Shown piece after piece: positions 60,742 to 64,000 of a stretch of 64,000 nucleotides of DNA (positions are counted from its first letter, which is position 1; each line of letters opens with the position of its first letter). The position numbers and the translations under genes were made by a program. Origin of the DNA: Candidatus Dormiibacterota bacterium (lineage in GTDB: Bacteria; Chloroflexota; Dormibacteria; Aeolococcales; Aeolococcaceae); the NCBI GenBank assembly GCA_036378495.1, contig DASUWI010000129.1, positions 1,172-65,171 of the forward strand. The letters run 5' to 3'. The notes below the pieces were generated by a model. It saw nothing but the letters and a program-made list of their open reading frames with translations, made no database searches and was not told the origin of the DNA.

Positions 60742-61809
60742 TCATGGTGGCCCGGCCATGCGCCGCAACGTCTGCAGCGCGCCGTCGACGATGATCGGCA
60801 CCATCGCGCCCACGGTATCGAATCCCTCGCCCACCGTCATGCCCATGAGGAAGCGCGCGGTGATGCCCTCGGCGATGATCGCCAGCTTGTACGCGCCCAG
60901 GGCGACGTACCAGTCGAGCGCCGACAGATCCCGCGTGCTTCCGGCGGCGTACGCGCTCAGCAGCTCGTCGCGCCGGTAGAAGCCATCCTCGACGGTGATG
61001 GCGCGGCCGTGCAGCGTGCTCGCGGCCGCCTCGTCACCGCTGTCCGCCCAGTAGACCAGCAGCAGGCCGAGGTCGCACAGCGGATCACCGATCGTGCTCA
61101 TCTCCCAGTCGACGACGGCGACGATGCGCGACGGGTCCGTGGGCGCGAACATCACGTTGTCGAGACGGTAATCGCCGTGCACGATGCCGGCCGCGGACTG
61201 CGCCGGGAGCGTCGCCTCCAGGCGCCGGTGCAGCTCGTCCATGGCCGGCAGCTCGCGCGTCGCCGACGCCTCCCACTGCTGCCACCAGCGACGCACCTGG
61301 CGCGCCAGGAACCCCTCGGGATGGCCGAAGTCGCCCAGGCCGACCGCTGCCGGATCGATGTCGTGCAGCGCCACCAGGGAGTCGACCAGCGCTGCGGACA
61401 TCGCCCGGCGTGTCGCCGCGGTGTCGGGGAACTCCGCCGGCAGCGAGTCGCGCACCACGCGCCCGTCGACGTAGGCCATGACGTAGAAGGGCGTGCCCAG
61501 CACCGAGTCGTCATCACAGTACGCGAGCACGCGGGGCACCGGGATGCGAGTTTCGGCCAACGCCAGCATCATCGTTGACTCCCGGCGCATGTCGTGCGCC
61601 GTGGGCAGCACGTGCGCCAGCGGCGGGCGGCGCACCACGAAGCGCCGCTCGCCATCGCTGACGACGTAGGTGAGGTTGGAGCGTCCTCCGGGGATGACCT
61701 CACCGTCCAGCGGGCCGGCGAGCGGGCCGGCGTGCTCGGCGAGGTAGCGGGACAGCGCGTCGAGGTCGAGCCCGGGAAGGTCGCGCGCCGGTGTGGACGT
61801 CGAGCTCAC
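60742..61809 (-). CDS. Phosphotransferase-family kinase (APH/ChoK-like), ACAD10/11-associated type
   Basis: 355 aa. Brenner motif IVHGDYRLDNVMF and DFG-like D. Paired with the adjacent ACAD, as in split ACAD10/11 loci. Confidence 0.75.
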   Translation of the reverse strand: MSSTSTPARDLPGLDLDALSRYLAEHAGPLAGPLDGEVIPGGRSNLTYVVSDGERRFVVRRPPLAHVLPTAHDMRRESTMMLALAETRIPVPRVLAYCDDDSVLGTPFYVMAYVDGRVVRDSLPAEFPDTAATRRAMSAALVDSLVALHDIDPAAVGLGDFGHPEGFLARQVRRWWQQWEASATRELPAMDELHRRLEATLPAQSAAGIVHGDYRLDNVMFAPTDPSRIVAVVDWEMSTIGDPLCDLGLLLVYWADSGDEAAASTLHGRAITVEDGFYRRDELLSAYAAGSTRDLSALDWYVALGAYKLAIIAEGITARFLMGMTVGEGFDTVGAMVPIIVDGALQTLRRMAGPP

Positions 61810-62247
61810 CTACCCAGATGTCGGCGGCGGACCGGACGGCCGTTCGCGGCGATGGCGCCGCACCTCGGCGACGCGGAGCCGGAGCACCTCGCGCTCCAGC
61901 ATCGCGGCGGCTTCGAGGTTCTCCGGCTCGTGCTGCAGCAGCTCCTCGGCACGCTTGCGCGCCTCCTCGGCGCGGGCCTCGTCGATCTCCTCGGCACGCT
62001 CGGCGACGTCGGCGAGGATCACCACCTTGTCGGGCAGCACCTCGAGGAAGCCGCCGGCGACGAACAGGTAGTCCTCGTGGCCGTCGTTGCGCACCATCAC
62101 CTCGCCGGTGCGCAGCGTGGTCAGCAGCGGGATGTGCCGCGGCAGCACGCCGAGCTCGCCGGCCGTTCCCGGGGCGAGCACGAAGTCCGCCTCCTGGCTC
62201 AGCACGCGCTTCTCCGCCGTGACCAGCTCCACCTGCAGCTTGGCCAC
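61810..62247 (-). CDS. atpC: F0F1 ATP synthase subunit epsilon
   Basis: 145 aa. Beta-sandwich N-domain (MAKLQVELVTAEKRV…) and helical C-terminus, immediately downstream of atpD. Confidence 0.85.
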   Translation of the reverse strand: MAKLQVELVTAEKRVLSQEADFVLAPGTAGELGVLPRHIPLLTTLRTGEVMVRNDGHEDYLFVAGGFLEVLPDKVVILADVAERAEEIDEARAEEARKRAEELLQHEPENLEAAAMLEREVLRLRVAEVRRHRRERPSGPPPTSG

Positions 62248-62249
62248 GG

Positions 62250-64000
<1,751 letters not shown>

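Overview
This is a very high-GC (about 70%) chromosomal segment with actinobacterial-type synteny: glmS, acpS/nnr, thiL, tsaE-tsaB-rimI-tsaD, groES-groEL, and uvrC-rapZ-gap-pgk-tpiA-(gpmI)-secG. Positions ~12.1-64 kb are a densely packed, mostly minus-strand housekeeping backbone. It carries the end of the ATP synthase operon (atpG', atpD, atpC) and a split ACAD10/11-like acyl-CoA dehydrogenase with a phosphotransferase partner. Cell-envelope genes follow: murA (active-site Asp variant), mreB, and the cdaA-cdaR-glmS cluster, with argF adjacent on the cdaA side. Next come the tsa/groESL block with a perfect CIRCE operator, an asnB fused to a CofE-like (F420-ligase-like) domain, and alr. DNA repair and replication genes pcrA, ligA and uvrC are followed by the glycolytic operon, secG, a peptide-type ABC substrate-binding protein and a PAS sensor histidine kinase. 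The left ~12 kb is an accessory region. It holds a complete Type I restriction-modification operon (hsdM-hsdS-hsdR) whose hsdS sits in a markedly lower-GC stretch (about 50-55% against about 70% elsewhere). Two co-oriented genes of unknown function lie downstream of hsdR, the second running off the window edge. The region also contains a LexA-family (S24) repressor preceded by a near-consensus actinobacterial SOS box. Diverging from that box is a two-gene operon: a 383-aa unknown followed by a 546-aa protein with IS4/IS5-like DDE signatures. All of this sits immediately next to a tRNA-Leu(CAG). No CRISPR array and no rRNA were seen. Many long ORFs in the six-frame track are antisense or frame shadows typical of high-GC DNA. 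They were not called.
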